Of a DNA stretch of 64,000 bases, positions 26,332 to 36,480 are shown piece after piece. The position numbers were made by a program, and so were the translations under genes. Below the pieces are notes generated by a model, which was given only the letters and a program-made list of their open reading frames with translations, was not told the origin of the DNA and searched no databases. Origin of the DNA: Armatimonadota bacterium (lineage in GTDB: Bacteria > Armatimonadota > SYMT01); NCBI GenBank assembly GCA_041690135.1, contig JAWLHY010000002.1:624342-688341 (forward strand), written 5' to 3'. Positions within the stretch are counted from its first letter, which is position 1; every line of letters starts with the position of its first letter.

Positions 26332-28398
26332 ATGCAGATCAAAGGCGCCTGTCCCCATAACTGCCCCGACACTTGCGGTTGGGTCGTGACCCTGGACGAG
26401 ACCGGGACCCCGGTCCGCATCCAGGGGGATCCGGACCACCCCTACACGCGCGGCTGGCTCTGCGCTAAGGTGAACCGTTACCTGGAGTTCGTGCTGCACC
26501 CGGAGCGGCTACGGCATCCCATGCGCCGGGTGGGCGAGAAGGGTGAGGGCCGTTTCGAGCGGATCTCCTGGGACGAGGCACTGGACGAGATCACCTCGCG
26601 CTGGAAGGCATTGATCGCGGAGCACGGACCGGAGGCGATCCTGCCGTACAGCTACTCCGGCACCCTTGGATTCGTGCAAAGCATCGTTTGCAACACCCGT
26701 CTTTGGACCCGGATGGGAGCCTCGGAGTTGGACCGGACGATCTGCTCCGTGGCGGGGACCGAAGCCCTGCGGGTGACGGTGGGCGGCAGCTACGGCGCCG
26801 ACCCCGAGAGCGTGGTCGAAAGTCGCCTGGTCCTTCTCTGGGGCACCAATCCGGCGAGCACGCACCCCCACTTCATCCCCTGGCTGGATGAGGCGCGGAA
26901 GCGAGGGGCACGGGTCATCATGGTCGACCCGCATCGTAACCTGACGTCGCAGCGGGCAGACCTCCACCTGATGCCGCGACCCGGCTCCGACGCGGCCGTT
27001 GTGCTCGCGATGATGCATGTGTTGTTCGCGGAAGGGCTGGTGGACGAGGCGTGGGCTCGGGAGCATACGGTCGGCCTGGATGAGTTGCGTCGCCGCGTCC
27101 GGGAGTGGACCCCGGCCAACGCGGCGGAGGTCAGCGGCATTCCGGCGGAGCAGATCGCGGCTCTCGCACGCGAGTACGGCACCACCCGCCCAGCCCTGAT
27201 CCGCACTTCGATGGGGCTCCAGCGGCACAGCAACGGCGGTAACACGGTCCGGGCGCTGGCCTGCCTTCCGGCACTCACCGGGGACTACGGCCGCCCCGGT
27301 GGCGGACTGCTCTACAGCACGGGCGGGTTCCTGGCGTGGCCGGGGGAAGTTGCCTGTCCGCGCGAGTTGCGGGCGAACAGCCCGAACCCGAACCCTCGGG
27401 TCATCAATATGAACCGGATTGGGGCCGCCCTGCTGGAAACGGACCCGCCCATTCGCGCGCTCTACGTGTTCAACAGCAACCCGGCCTCGGTCGCGCCGAA
27501 CTCCCGCCGCGTGTTGGAAGGTCTTTCCCGCCCCGACCTTTTCACCGTGGTCCACGACCTGTTCCTGACCGATACGGCGAAGTACGCGGATCTTCTGTTG
27601 CCCGCGACCAGCCAATTCGAACACTGGGACCTCCACAAGGCCTACGGGCACCTTTATCTCTCCCTTAACCGGCCTGCGATGGCGCCGATCGGAGAGGCGA
27701 AGAGCAACTGGGAAGTATTCCAACTGCTGGCGGCGCGGATGGGTTTTGACGAAGGCTCCTGGGGCCAGTCGGCCGAGGAGATCATCCGCGAGGCTCTGGA
27801 ACACGGCGGATCGGCGGTGGAAGGGATCACCTGGGAGCGCCTGCTGGACGAGGGGACCTGTCGCCTCAACTATCCGCGGCCGATGGTGCCATTCGCCGAC
27901 GGCCGGTTCCCCACGCCCAGCGGCAAGGTAGAGCTGTATTCCCAGCAACTAGCGGACGCCGGGGCCGACCCGCTGCCGCACTGGGTGCCGGATGTGGAAA
28001 GCCGCGAAGCGGCGCCGGAGCGGGCGCGGAAGTACCCGCTGCAGATGGTCAGCGCGGCCAGTCACTACTTCCTAAACAGCAGCTTCGGGAACGTTCCCAC
28101 CCTCCGGCGGCTGCACGGGGATCCGTCGGTCGAGATCCACCCCGGCGACGCGGAAGCCCGCGGCATCCGGAGCGGCGATTGGGTGGAAGTGAGCAACGAC
28201 CGCGGCAGCTTCCGCGCCCGGGCCGAGGTGGGGGAAACGGTGGCGCCGGGCTCCGTCTTCTGTCCCACCGTCTGGTGGAGCCAGCACAGCCCGGACGGCC
28301 GCGGCGCCAACTGGACCACCAGCGATGCCCTGGCCGATTACGCCGGCGGTGCTACATTCCATGGCAACCTGGTGGAGGTCTCCGTCGCAGCCGGTTGA
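26332..28398 (+). CDS. Molybdopterin oxidoreductase family protein
   Basis: CPHNCPDTC...GWLCAK [4Fe-4S] motif, WGTNP, TDTAKYADLLLPAT, C-terminal molybdopterin dinucleotide-binding domain. Confidence 0.92.
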   Translation: MQIKGACPHNCPDTCGWVVTLDETGTPVRIQGDPDHPYTRGWLCAKVNRYLEFVLHPERLRHPMRRVGEKGEGRFERISWDEALDEITSRWKALIAEHGPEAILPYSYSGTLGFVQSIVCNTRLWTRMGASELDRTICSVAGTEALRVTVGGSYGADPESVVESRLVLLWGTNPASTHPHFIPWLDEARKRGARVIMVDPHRNLTSQRADLHLMPRPGSDAAVVLAMMHVLFAEGLVDEAWAREHTVGLDELRRRVREWTPANAAEVSGIPAEQIAALAREYGTTRPALIRTSMGLQRHSNGGNTVRALACLPALTGDYGRPGGGLLYSTGGFLAWPGEVACPRELRANSPNPNPRVINMNRIGAALLETDPPIRALYVFNSNPASVAPNSRRVLEGLSRPDLFTVVHDLFLTDTAKYADLLLPATSQFEHWDLHKAYGHLYLSLNRPAMAPIGEAKSNWEVFQLLAARMGFDEGSWGQSAEEIIREALEHGGSAVEGITWERLLDEGTCRLNYPRPMVPFADGRFPTPSGKVELYSQQLADAGADPLPHWVPDVESREAAPERARKYPLQMVSAASHYFLNSSFGNVPTLRRLHGDPSVEIHPGDAEARGIRSGDWVEVSNDRGSFRARAEVGETVAPGSVFCPTVWWSQHSPDGRGANWTTSDALADYAGGATFHGNLVEVSVAAG

Positions 28399-28416
28399 GC
28401 GAACGGCAACGGACCG

Positions 28417-28857
28417 TTATTCAGGTGTCGATCTGCCGAAGTACGCCTGTGTGCGCGGCTGGAACCAGTAAATCAGCAACAGCACCGAAATGGGCAGCGT
28501 ACAACCGCTCAACCCCAGACAGATGATCACGATGTGGTAGATCCACGATCCAGGTGATGGCTTGAGCGTGAAAGCGATCGCCACCGGGATGGAAAGGACG
28601 AGGCAAAGGCCGATGGGGAGCATTGCGCGCCCCATCATTTCGGCGCGCCGTTGTGCCTCCAGTTCCTCCATCATCCGGTCAACGTGGGCCATCCCGGTGC
28701 CTGTCAGTGGAAATTCTGATCCTTGTGAGATGAGGATCCAGATCAACACGGGAGTCACGATCAGCCAAACGACGAGCAGCAAGGCGCAATAAGCACGGTA
28801 GTATCCGAGAACCGGCGGCTCTTCTCTTTGCACCCCACCCTGATTGATTTCGTTCAT
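28417..28857 (-). CDS. Hypothetical membrane protein (about 4 TM)
   Basis: ATG with SD GAGGAAGG; hydrophobic segments; fills the gap between neighbours. Confidence 0.7.
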   Translation of the reverse strand: MNEINQGGVQREEPPVLGYYRAYCALLLVVWLIVTPVLIWILISQGSEFPLTGTGMAHVDRMMEELEAQRRAEMMGRAMLPIGLCLVLSIPVAIAFTLKPSPGSWIYHIVIICLGLSGCTLPISVLLLIYWFQPRTQAYFGRSTPE

Positions 28858-28975
28858 AACAGCCTTCCTCTACCCGTAGGAACGGCGTAAAACGGTGGGG
28901 GATACGGGCTAGTGTGTGCTCGCCGCCATTGCCGGCAAGGTGCGCCCGGTGAACCCTGCCGCGGAGGGCGAACTT

Positions 28976-30844
28976 TTAACGACGCACCGCGACCATTTGC
29001 TTCTGCTCGAGGATCTTGCGGCCTTCACGGTCCAGGACGAGCAGGCGGATCGGGTACTGGCCCGGCTGGACCTTGCGCGTGTCCCAACGGCAGACGATCT
29101 CGCCCGGTTCGTCGCCGGCGTAGAGGACCTGGTCGGCGGCGGTGATATACACTCGCGGCCGCGGAATGGGTGCCCGGACCCAGGCACTTAACGTGAACAC
29201 GCCCTTCACGGGCTCCCCTTTTTTCAGAGGGCGGATCCGCTCCTCGGGCTGCTCATCGCTCCGGCCCAGGAAGTAGGAAGGGGAGATCATGCGCTGGTAG
29301 GCTTTGAGCACGGACGCATTCTCGGTGAGGGAGTAGTTGTTCAACTGTCGTCCCGCCCGGGCGTGCTTCAGGTTATTGCAGTCGAACCAGTCCACGAGCT
29401 TCACCCGGGGGAAGCGGCGGGGTAGGGCGCCGTAAAGCTGGGAGATCTTCTGGACGGCCAGCGCGGGGCGGGGCTGGGGATCGCAAGCCGCCTGGTGGCT
29501 GGCGGCATACTCGCAGATGGCGATCGGCTTGCGAGCCGCGTACCTCCGGTAGACCCCGCTCAACAGGTCGGCGGGATGGACCTGATCGGCCGGGCGGGAG
29601 CGATCGTTGTCGAAGTACAGGACGTTGTACATGTTCACACCGACCCAGTCCACCGCGTCGTCGCCGGGGTAATACGCCTCGATGTTGCCCTCCGGCACGG
29701 TGTTGACGCACCAGATCAGGGCCGCCTGGGGGGCGCGGCTGCTGATGATCCGGTGGACCATCCGGAACTTCTCCCGGTAGAGGGCCGGATCCCCATGGTA
29801 GCGGGTCCAGTTCCCGTTCATCTCCCCCGCGAACCGGATGAAGATAGGGGCGCCGAACCGGGCAACCTCATCCGCGAACCGCCCGACAGTCGCCTCGTCC
29901 ACCTCTCCCATTCCGTGATGCGGCTCCCAGGCGATGTGGGGAACGATTCCCTGCCGCCGAAGGCGTTCGGACCACTTGCGGGGGAAGGGGCGGCCGAACC
30001 GGAGATACCAGAAGTACGAGGCGTGTTTCTTCCCCACCAGTTCCTCGAATTCGGATGGCTCGCGATGCGTTTGCCAGGTCTCGTCCATGAAGGTGGTCGG
30101 TAACTGGTCGTCGTGGTCGATGAAGGCCCCGACCATGCATCCGTAGGCCGGCTCGAGCCGCGCGAGGCCGGCTTGTCCCGTGCTCGTCGGCACGGGCTCG
30201 TGGAAGTAGAGGCTTCCCTCCGCGGAGTGGCGCCCGGCCTTCAGCGTTTCCACCGCGGCCGCGTTGGGGTCACCCTGACGCCGGTAGAGGGCGGCCTCCT
30301 TCAGGTAGGCCTCTGCCGCGATCGCATGGATCCCGGCTTTCGCCGCGGCGTCCGCCAGGCGGCGCCACACGACCGGCGAGTTGCTGCCCCTCACACGCGC
30401 GGCCAGGGAGCGGAGTTGCGCTGGGAGTGGGGGCGCGGCGGCAACGTCGGGCAACCGCGGAGGGAGATTGCCCGCCGGACGCACGGGTTCCTCTTCTGGT
30501 TGGGGTGGGCCATAGGCTTCGCCGAAGCCTGGAGCGGGGCCAGGTTCAGGTGCCTCCGCTGGGATTTCTTCCTTCTGTTCGGGGGCCGGTTGCGGCGTCT
30601 TGTTCGGGAGGTCTTTCCCGCGCGAGGTGGTCTGCGGTTTCTCCCAGGGCCGCCAGGACCGGGCCCGCTCCCAGGCGGCGTGCGCGAACTGGCGGACCAC
30701 GGGCGCGGCAGCCCGTACGGCGGGGGTGGCGGTCCGCACGATCGTCGCGCGCCAGTCGGGCCGCCAGATGAGCACTCCGACCGCAACTCCCACCACGAGC
30801 CAGAAAATATACCGGGCCTTCACCGGGCAGCCGTTCCTTTCCAT
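28976..30844 (-). CDS. Membrane-anchored glycoside hydrolase family 26-like protein
   Basis: IAWEP, IRFAGEMNGNW (acid/base Glu), YYPGDDAVDWVG, KPIAICEY (nucleophile); N-terminal TM plus Pro-rich linker. Confidence 0.8.
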   Translation of the reverse strand: MERNGCPVKARYIFWLVVGVAVGVLIWRPDWRATIVRTATPAVRAAAPVVRQFAHAAWERARSWRPWEKPQTTSRGKDLPNKTPQPAPEQKEEIPAEAPEPGPAPGFGEAYGPPQPEEEPVRPAGNLPPRLPDVAAAPPLPAQLRSLAARVRGSNSPVVWRRLADAAAKAGIHAIAAEAYLKEAALYRRQGDPNAAAVETLKAGRHSAEGSLYFHEPVPTSTGQAGLARLEPAYGCMVGAFIDHDDQLPTTFMDETWQTHREPSEFEELVGKKHASYFWYLRFGRPFPRKWSERLRRQGIVPHIAWEPHHGMGEVDEATVGRFADEVARFGAPIFIRFAGEMNGNWTRYHGDPALYREKFRMVHRIISSRAPQAALIWCVNTVPEGNIEAYYPGDDAVDWVGVNMYNVLYFDNDRSRPADQVHPADLLSGVYRRYAARKPIAICEYAASHQAACDPQPRPALAVQKISQLYGALPRRFPRVKLVDWFDCNNLKHARAGRQLNNYSLTENASVLKAYQRMISPSYFLGRSDEQPEERIRPLKKGEPVKGVFTLSAWVRAPIPRPRVYITAADQVLYAGDEPGEIVCRWDTRKVQPGQYPIRLLVLDREGRKILEQKQMVAVRR

Positions 30845-30924
30845 CCGGTCCATCCGGGGTGCCCATTCCGATAAACGGAGGCGCCTCCAGATTATCCCAA
30901 CGGTGGATGTGGGGGACGGGTTAC

Positions 30925-31764
30925 TCAGGAACGTTTCTCCAACTCCTCCCGGATGAAGGAGCCGCTTTCCAGGAGTTCCTTGAAGTCCCGCGCGAGATGC
31001 GCCGCGGTGAGGCCGGAGATGACGTAGTTGTCCACCATGAGCGAGCACTTGAGAACGTCGCCCACCACGATCTCGCGACCCCGGACACAGGGTTCTTGCT
31101 TGAGGCCGCCGATGCCGAATACCACGCTGGTGGGCGCGATGGGGAGGAAGTGCTCGAACCAGTCGCCGCCCACGAAGGTGAGGCCGCAGGTGCCCACGTT
31201 TCCCGCATAGAACTCCGGGTCCCAGGTCATCCGCCAGTGGATCGCCCGCGCGAGCCAGAGGGGCATCCGGGAGAACTGCCGGATGCGGCGGATGGCCGGT
31301 GAATCGGCTGGATCGCAGTGCTGGTAGAAGGAGATTTCCTCCTGGAGCTGGGCCAGGGATTTTTTCGCGGCGTTGCGCAGCGTGCCGATGAAGGTCACCG
31401 GCCGGCCATCGATCTCGCGGGTGATCGGCAGGTTGACATCGATCCGCTCGAAGCGGACGATCCGCAGCCCGAACGGCTTACGGAAGAGGATGGCGTTGGC
31501 CTCCGGATTGCGCTGTAGGGCCAGCGCCGTGGCCTTGGCGTAGATCGGGACCAGGGTGATGGTCCGGACCGCCCTGCAGTACTGCTTGTGCAGGCGCAGC
31601 AGCTCCGATACTTCCAGGGAGGCGGTCCCGTATCCCAGGCAGTGATGGTGTTGAGCCCGCGACTTGAAGCCATAGATGTAGGCTTCCTCTCCCCGGACCG
31701 TGCGGCTCTCCGCGATGGGGTTCGGCAGGGCTGAGGGCCCATGTCCGGGATTCTGCGTCTTCAT
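30925..31764 (-). CDS. 2-oxo-acid dehydrogenase E2-like (CAT-fold) acyltransferase domain protein, no lipoyl domain
   Basis: AKATALALQRNPEANA, LRNAAKKSLAQLQEEI, GIGG...CSLMVDNYVISG. ATGA-coupled to the AurF-like gene. Confidence 0.75.
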   Translation of the reverse strand: MKTQNPGHGPSALPNPIAESRTVRGEEAYIYGFKSRAQHHHCLGYGTASLEVSELLRLHKQYCRAVRTITLVPIYAKATALALQRNPEANAILFRKPFGLRIVRFERIDVNLPITREIDGRPVTFIGTLRNAAKKSLAQLQEEISFYQHCDPADSPAIRRIRQFSRMPLWLARAIHWRMTWDPEFYAGNVGTCGLTFVGGDWFEHFLPIAPTSVVFGIGGLKQEPCVRGREIVVGDVLKCSLMVDNYVISGLTAAHLARDFKELLESGSFIREELEKRS

Positions 31765-32693
31765 GCGTGGGGCGAACCTTTCAGGATCTCGGAGAGGAGG
31801 CTGAAAACCCGCCGCTTGAAGGGCGCCTGGGTGCGGCGCATCAGGGAGGGCAGGTGCCGCAGGGAGACCTTCGCGCCCAACTGGCGGGCGATCCAGATCT
31901 CGTTGGCGTTGAGCAGCAGCGAGAGCAGCACGCAGCATGGAGTGGCGAGGACCCGGGGCAGCCACTCCACGGCGCGAGGGAGCCGGTTCTGCTCGAGAAT
32001 CATCGCGTCAAAGGCGAGGTGGCGCGCCTCGTCCAGAGCGTGGAACGCCCAGATCTGGCACACGAGACTTTCCCGGCGGGCGATCCGCTCGTGGGCCATC
32101 TGGTGGGCGTAGATCGAGATCAATTCCGCGAACCGCAGCAGCGTAAAGGTGACGGATACCCGCAGCTTCCGGCCCGGCAGCGTGCCCGCCAGCCGGAACA
32201 CCCAGCGCAGGACGCGATCGACGCTCCGCACCGGTAGCGGAGGGCGGCCCGGCAGCGAGCCTTGAATGGCGGCGACGGCCCGGTTGAAGAGGGTGACATG
32301 GTAGATCTCTTCCTTGATGAAGTGGGCGATGTATTCGGTGAACGGTTGGGCGTCATCCAGGTCATACAGGCCCGCGAGCGTGCCGATTGCATGGCGCTCC
32401 AGCAGCCCTGTGAACGCCATCAGGTTCATCTGCTGGTATTTGGCGAACGCCACCTTCGCAGCCGGACCGAGGTCCTGGTCGTAACCCGTGCCCACCAGCA
32501 GGCTCCAGGCGTCGTACAGGGCAGCGTACTCCTCGTCTGTCGTCTCCGCGCTCCAGTCCACGTCCAACTCGGGTGTGAACGACCGCGTGAGCGACAACCG
32601 GTTCAATCGCTCCAGCAAGCAATCGCACATCAACTTGCCTTCGCAAACCGCGCCGACCGCCGCCACTTTACTTTCCAGCCGTTCCCGGTCCAT
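31761..32693 (-). CDS. AurF-like diiron oxygenase
   Basis: F.PELDVDW, LLE, EEIYH, AE, H..DEARH diiron ligand pattern. Confidence 0.8.
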   Translation of the reverse strand: MDRERLESKVAAVGAVCEGKLMCDCLLERLNRLSLTRSFTPELDVDWSAETTDEEYAALYDAWSLLVGTGYDQDLGPAAKVAFAKYQQMNLMAFTGLLERHAIGTLAGLYDLDDAQPFTEYIAHFIKEEIYHVTLFNRAVAAIQGSLPGRPPLPVRSVDRVLRWVFRLAGTLPGRKLRVSVTFTLLRFAELISIYAHQMAHERIARRESLVCQIWAFHALDEARHLAFDAMILEQNRLPRAVEWLPRVLATPCCVLLSLLLNANEIWIARQLGAKVSLRHLPSLMRRTQAPFKRRVFSLLSEILKGSPHA

Positions 32694-32892
32694 GCTCACC
32701 CCATTGCCTCCGGAGGCGCCGCAACAACAGCCTTTGCCATTTCCACCATCGTAGGGCGCTCAGCGGCGTCCCACACGGCACGACAGGTGCTTGGCCAAGA
32801 CGAGGCAGGCATCGGAAAGCCTGCCCTACATCGGTGGGTGTACAAGGGGATGTTTACTTGCCACAAGGCGACACGTAGGTAAAGCGCATATT

Positions 32893-34353
32893 TCAGTGGC
32901 AGGCGGTAGTTGGAAGCGCATAATACTCGTCCGCTTCCGCATCCGGAGCGCACTCCCCGCGCTGCCGGCCGGGATCGCGGAGGTTGCGCAGGATCTGGCG
33001 GTAGTGGCGCTTCCGCTCCGTAAAGGCCTGGGCATTCCAGGTGTCCTGCCAGAGTGAGACCAGTCCGTCTTCCAGTTGTTCCACCGACATGCCGCGCGGC
33101 CGGAAATTCACGTCGAACAGTGTGCAGCGGTCCCAGGCGCCGGGGTAGAGGAGCCGGCCCTCTTCCAGCAGCCGCTGGTACAGGCGGGTGCCGGGGAAGG
33201 GGGTGAGAGCCGTGATCTGGACTTCCAGAAGGCGCGCCTGCTCTACGAAGCTCCGGATTTCGTCGAACACGGCGGGGGTGTCGGCGTCCAGGCCCACGAT
33301 GAAGCAGCCACACACGCTGACACCGCGGCTCTGAATCTTCTCGATGGCCTCCAGGTACCGGTCCAACTGCCGGGCCTTCCAGTTGGCGCGGTCCAGGCCC
33401 TGCAGGCTGTCACGGCGGGGGCTTTCCAGACCGATCAGTACCTGCCGGCAGCCGCTCGGATAGAGCAGGTCGAGGAGTTCCTCGTCCTCAGCGACCGAGA
33501 TATCTGTCTCCGTGAAGTAACGAAGATCGCGCTCCGCCAGACCGTGCAGCAGCTCCTTCGCCCAGGCCTTGTGGACGAAGGTGTTATCATCCGCGAACTC
33601 GATGAACGGACGCCGCCAGAGGGCCCGGACGGCGTCGATCTCCGCTAGAACGCGGGACACGGGCTTGAGCCGGTAGCGGGGGCCGTAAAGCCGGGAAGCC
33701 GCGCAGAACTCGCAGTCCCAGGGGCAGCCGCGCGTGGTCTGGACGGTGATGCGGTTGTAGACGCCCAGGCGGTGGATCTCGCCGGTTTCTCCCGGCGTGC
33801 CCCGCGGCGCCGCCTGCTGGCTCGTTTGGGTCAGCAGGTCGTAGCGAGGCATCGGGGCGTGCGCCAGGTCAAAGCGCCCGGGCTGCTCCTCGCGGTACAG
33901 CTTCCGCAGCCCTGCTTTGCCGCCGGCGAGAAAGTCTTGGACTACCTGGGGCCACAGGGTTTCCCCCTCGCCCACCACCACGGCGTCCGCATGCCGCTCC
34001 ACCTCGTGGGGCAACACCGTGGCGTGGAGCCCGCCGAACACCACCGGCATCCCGCGCTCCCGGTAAGCATCCGCCACCTGGTAGGCGTCGAAAGCCCGCG
34101 CGGTATACGTTGAGAGGGCGACCAGGTCGAAGCCCATCCTCGGGTTAGCGGCGAACGTCTCCACGTCATCGACTTCCAGGTACTCGACCTCCACCGTTTC
34201 CGGAGTCGCTCCCGCCAGGGTCAACAGCGCGAGGCTGGGAAGCTGCGCGATGACCTTCCCCCGGTTCATGAACTGCGGCAGCGTGATGCCGAGCTCGATG
34301 AAACGACGGGTCTGGAGTTTTACGCCCGCAATGGCGATGAGTCCGATCTTCAC
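32893..34353 (-). CDS. B12-binding radical SAM protein
   Basis: PSLALLTLA...VFGGLHAT...VVGEGE cobalamin domain; RGCPWDCEFC; FADDN; TPFPGT. Confidence 0.92.
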   Translation of the reverse strand: MKIGLIAIAGVKLQTRRFIELGITLPQFMNRGKVIAQLPSLALLTLAGATPETVEVEYLEVDDVETFAANPRMGFDLVALSTYTARAFDAYQVADAYRERGMPVVFGGLHATVLPHEVERHADAVVVGEGETLWPQVVQDFLAGGKAGLRKLYREEQPGRFDLAHAPMPRYDLLTQTSQQAAPRGTPGETGEIHRLGVYNRITVQTTRGCPWDCEFCAASRLYGPRYRLKPVSRVLAEIDAVRALWRRPFIEFADDNTFVHKAWAKELLHGLAERDLRYFTETDISVAEDEELLDLLYPSGCRQVLIGLESPRRDSLQGLDRANWKARQLDRYLEAIEKIQSRGVSVCGCFIVGLDADTPAVFDEIRSFVEQARLLEVQITALTPFPGTRLYQRLLEEGRLLYPGAWDRCTLFDVNFRPRGMSVEQLEDGLVSLWQDTWNAQAFTERKRHYRQILRNLRDPGRQRGECAPDAEADEYYALPTTACH

Positions 34354-34517
34354 CACGCCCCCCTTTCCTCGTCTTGGTTCCTGGCTTCTTGGGCTCAGGA
34401 TACCGGCGGCATACACCCGCGAGGGGTGACGACAGACCCGCTTTCCCTGTAGAGAGGACCCACGCCGGGAGGGACCTTGGGCCTCCGGGCTCCGGTTTCA
34501 ACCCATAAGACGTGGGA

Positions 34518-35555
34518 CTATTCCTGCACGGTATCCCGTTCTGGTCCCACATGCTGGGTCCACCTCCGGTCTTGCTGCCCCAGGACCAGGGCCATTCCCA
34601 GGACGACCGCCCCGGAGTGCGCCGCCCGCATCCAGGTCCGGATCTCGGCGTCGTAATCTCCGACGGGAGAGGGGAGGGGACCGTCGAACGCGTACCCGCC
34701 AATCCCCATGCCCACCAGCATACTGGCCGCCACGAGGCCCCATCCGAGAAGCTCGATCCGACGGCCCAGGCGCCATGCCAGCCAGCACCCCGTGAAGGTG
34801 CCCGCAAGGACCAGGTCCGCCGTCACGGGCAGCAGGTACTTCAGGCGCGTGTCCACCACCGCGGCGACGGTCAGCAGCAGGGGCATCCCCACGGCCCCGG
34901 CGGTCATTCCCCGGACCAACCATTCGACCACGCGCTCGCGCTTGACGGGCACACCCAACGTGGCGTCGCGTGCCCGGTCCCTCAACGCTCCCAGCGCCAG
35001 CGCGAGCAGCGGAAGCGTGACAGCGGCTACCCGGGCCAGCCGGAGCAGCCGCTGCGGCAGCTCCTCCGGCGTGCCGATCCACCGGACGAGCGGTTCGGCC
35101 GGCAACAGGAGGCCCACCGAGAGCAAGGCATCCAGGCTCAATCCGAGACCGATCGCGATGCCCGCCCACCGGCTCCGGTGCGGTGCTCCCTCCAGAAGAA
35201 TTCCCGCCGCTGTCAGCAGCGCACCGGCCGGCAAGAGCCACGCCGCCGGGGCCGTCCACCGTTGGGCGACACACCCGGATGCGTAAAGCACCGTACCCGC
35301 CAACGCCGCCCGCGACATTCCCGGGCCCAAGAGGTCCCTGCCCCAGGACACCAGAACCAGCGCGAGACAGAGCCAGACCACGTCCGCGTGCGGCACCGCG
35401 ACCTCCATTCCGAAGCGAGAGTTTGCATACGAAACGAAGTCCTGCGCGAGCACGGAGAAGCCAAAAGTCCAGAGAATTCCCGCAAGCAGCAGCCCCAGCC
35501 CCACGCCACGAGCGGCCCTTCCGGAAACCCGAACGTCCCTGCTGATGGTATCCAT
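34518..35555 (-). CDS. Hypothetical polytopic membrane protein
   Basis: ATG with SD GGAG; about 9-10 hydrophobic segments. Confidence 0.7.
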   Translation of the reverse strand: MDTISRDVRVSGRAARGVGLGLLLAGILWTFGFSVLAQDFVSYANSRFGMEVAVPHADVVWLCLALVLVSWGRDLLGPGMSRAALAGTVLYASGCVAQRWTAPAAWLLPAGALLTAAGILLEGAPHRSRWAGIAIGLGLSLDALLSVGLLLPAEPLVRWIGTPEELPQRLLRLARVAAVTLPLLALALGALRDRARDATLGVPVKRERVVEWLVRGMTAGAVGMPLLLTVAAVVDTRLKYLLPVTADLVLAGTFTGCWLAWRLGRRIELLGWGLVAASMLVGMGIGGYAFDGPLPSPVGDYDAEIRTWMRAAHSGAVVLGMALVLGQQDRRWTQHVGPERDTVQE

Positions 35556-35690
35556 GTCTAACGGCTCCGCGGGTCGGGCTCTTCGGCGGGTGTGGACCGG
35601 GAACGTCCCGGCGGGGGGTCTTACGGGAATACGTTCCGGCCCGCCTCGGCGACGCCCTTCCAGATGGCAGCAACATGCCTCCGCCGATGA

Positions 35691-35719
35691 TTGACAACCC
35701 CTATACCCTCATGTATACT
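35691..35719 (+). promoter_or_regulatory. sigma70 promoter of the str operon
   Basis: TTGACA-17 bp-TATACT. Confidence 0.85.
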
Positions 35720-36010
35720 TGCACGGCTTGAAGCGGCTCTGTGCGTGGGCACACGGACGGAGCATCAGGGGCACGCCGGAACCGAGAGACCCTGGTTTCG
35801 GCGGATGGGAGGAGCCCGGGAGGCCTTGTGCCTCCTCGCCGGACGGACCGTCCGCACGCGCCGCCCGCAGGGGCACGGCGCCGTCACCCGGCAATTCCCG
35901 TGTGCTTGCTCCTGGCTTTCGGGCAAGCTTTCTGGTTTCTGCAGAACCCGGGCACCCCGCAGCACGGCGGCCCGGCAACCCCGAGGGCATTCGGGGAGGT
36001 ATACGAGTCC

Positions 36011-36382
36011 ATGCCGACAATCAACCAACTGGTCCGCAAAGGCCGCAAGAGCATTATCAAGAAGACCAAGGCACCCGCGCTCAAGGGCGCGCCGCAGAAG
36101 CGCGGCGTGTGCCTGGTGGTCCGCACGGTGTCTCCCAAGAAGCCGAACTCGGCGCTGCGCAAGATCTGCCGCGTGCGTCTGACGAACGGCATGGAAGTCA
36201 CCGCCTACATTCCGGGGATCGGTCACAACCTGCAGGAGCACTCGGTCGTGCTCATCCGCGGGGGACGCGTGAAGGATCTTCCCGGCGTGCGCTACCACGT
36301 CATCCGCGGCGCACTGGACGCGGCCGGCACCCGTGACCGCAAGACGAGCCGCAGCAAGTACGGCACCAAGCGGCCCAAGTAA
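36011..36382 (+). CDS. rpsL: 30S ribosomal protein S12
   Basis: [12 protein letters not shown]...[10 protein letters not shown]...[12 protein letters not shown]; SD GGAGGT. Confidence 0.99.
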   Translation: MPTINQLVRKGRKSIIKKTKAPALKGAPQKRGVCLVVRTVSPKKPNSALRKICRVRLTNGMEVTAYIPGIGHNLQEHSVVLIRGGRVKDLPGVRYHVIRGALDAAGTRDRKTSRSKYGTKRPK

Positions 36383-36480
36383 GATTGACGGTACGCGCCC
36401 CGCGGTTTAGGCGGATCTTAAGCGGACCCGTCACTGTTTGTGGGCGCTGGTAGAAACATACTTCGGAAAGAGGATCGACG

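Noticed and set aside
32696-32892. Small ORF between radical SAM and AurF-like genes as a precursor peptide
   Set aside because: No convincing SD or start and no precursor-like composition; it is the tail of a shadow frame.
35741-36010. 90-aa N-terminal extension of S12 (likewise for EF-Tu, S4, S5, L23 in the ORF track)
   Set aside because: Canonical starts with SD or coupling lie downstream, and the extensions have no domain similarity, unlike the L22 case.
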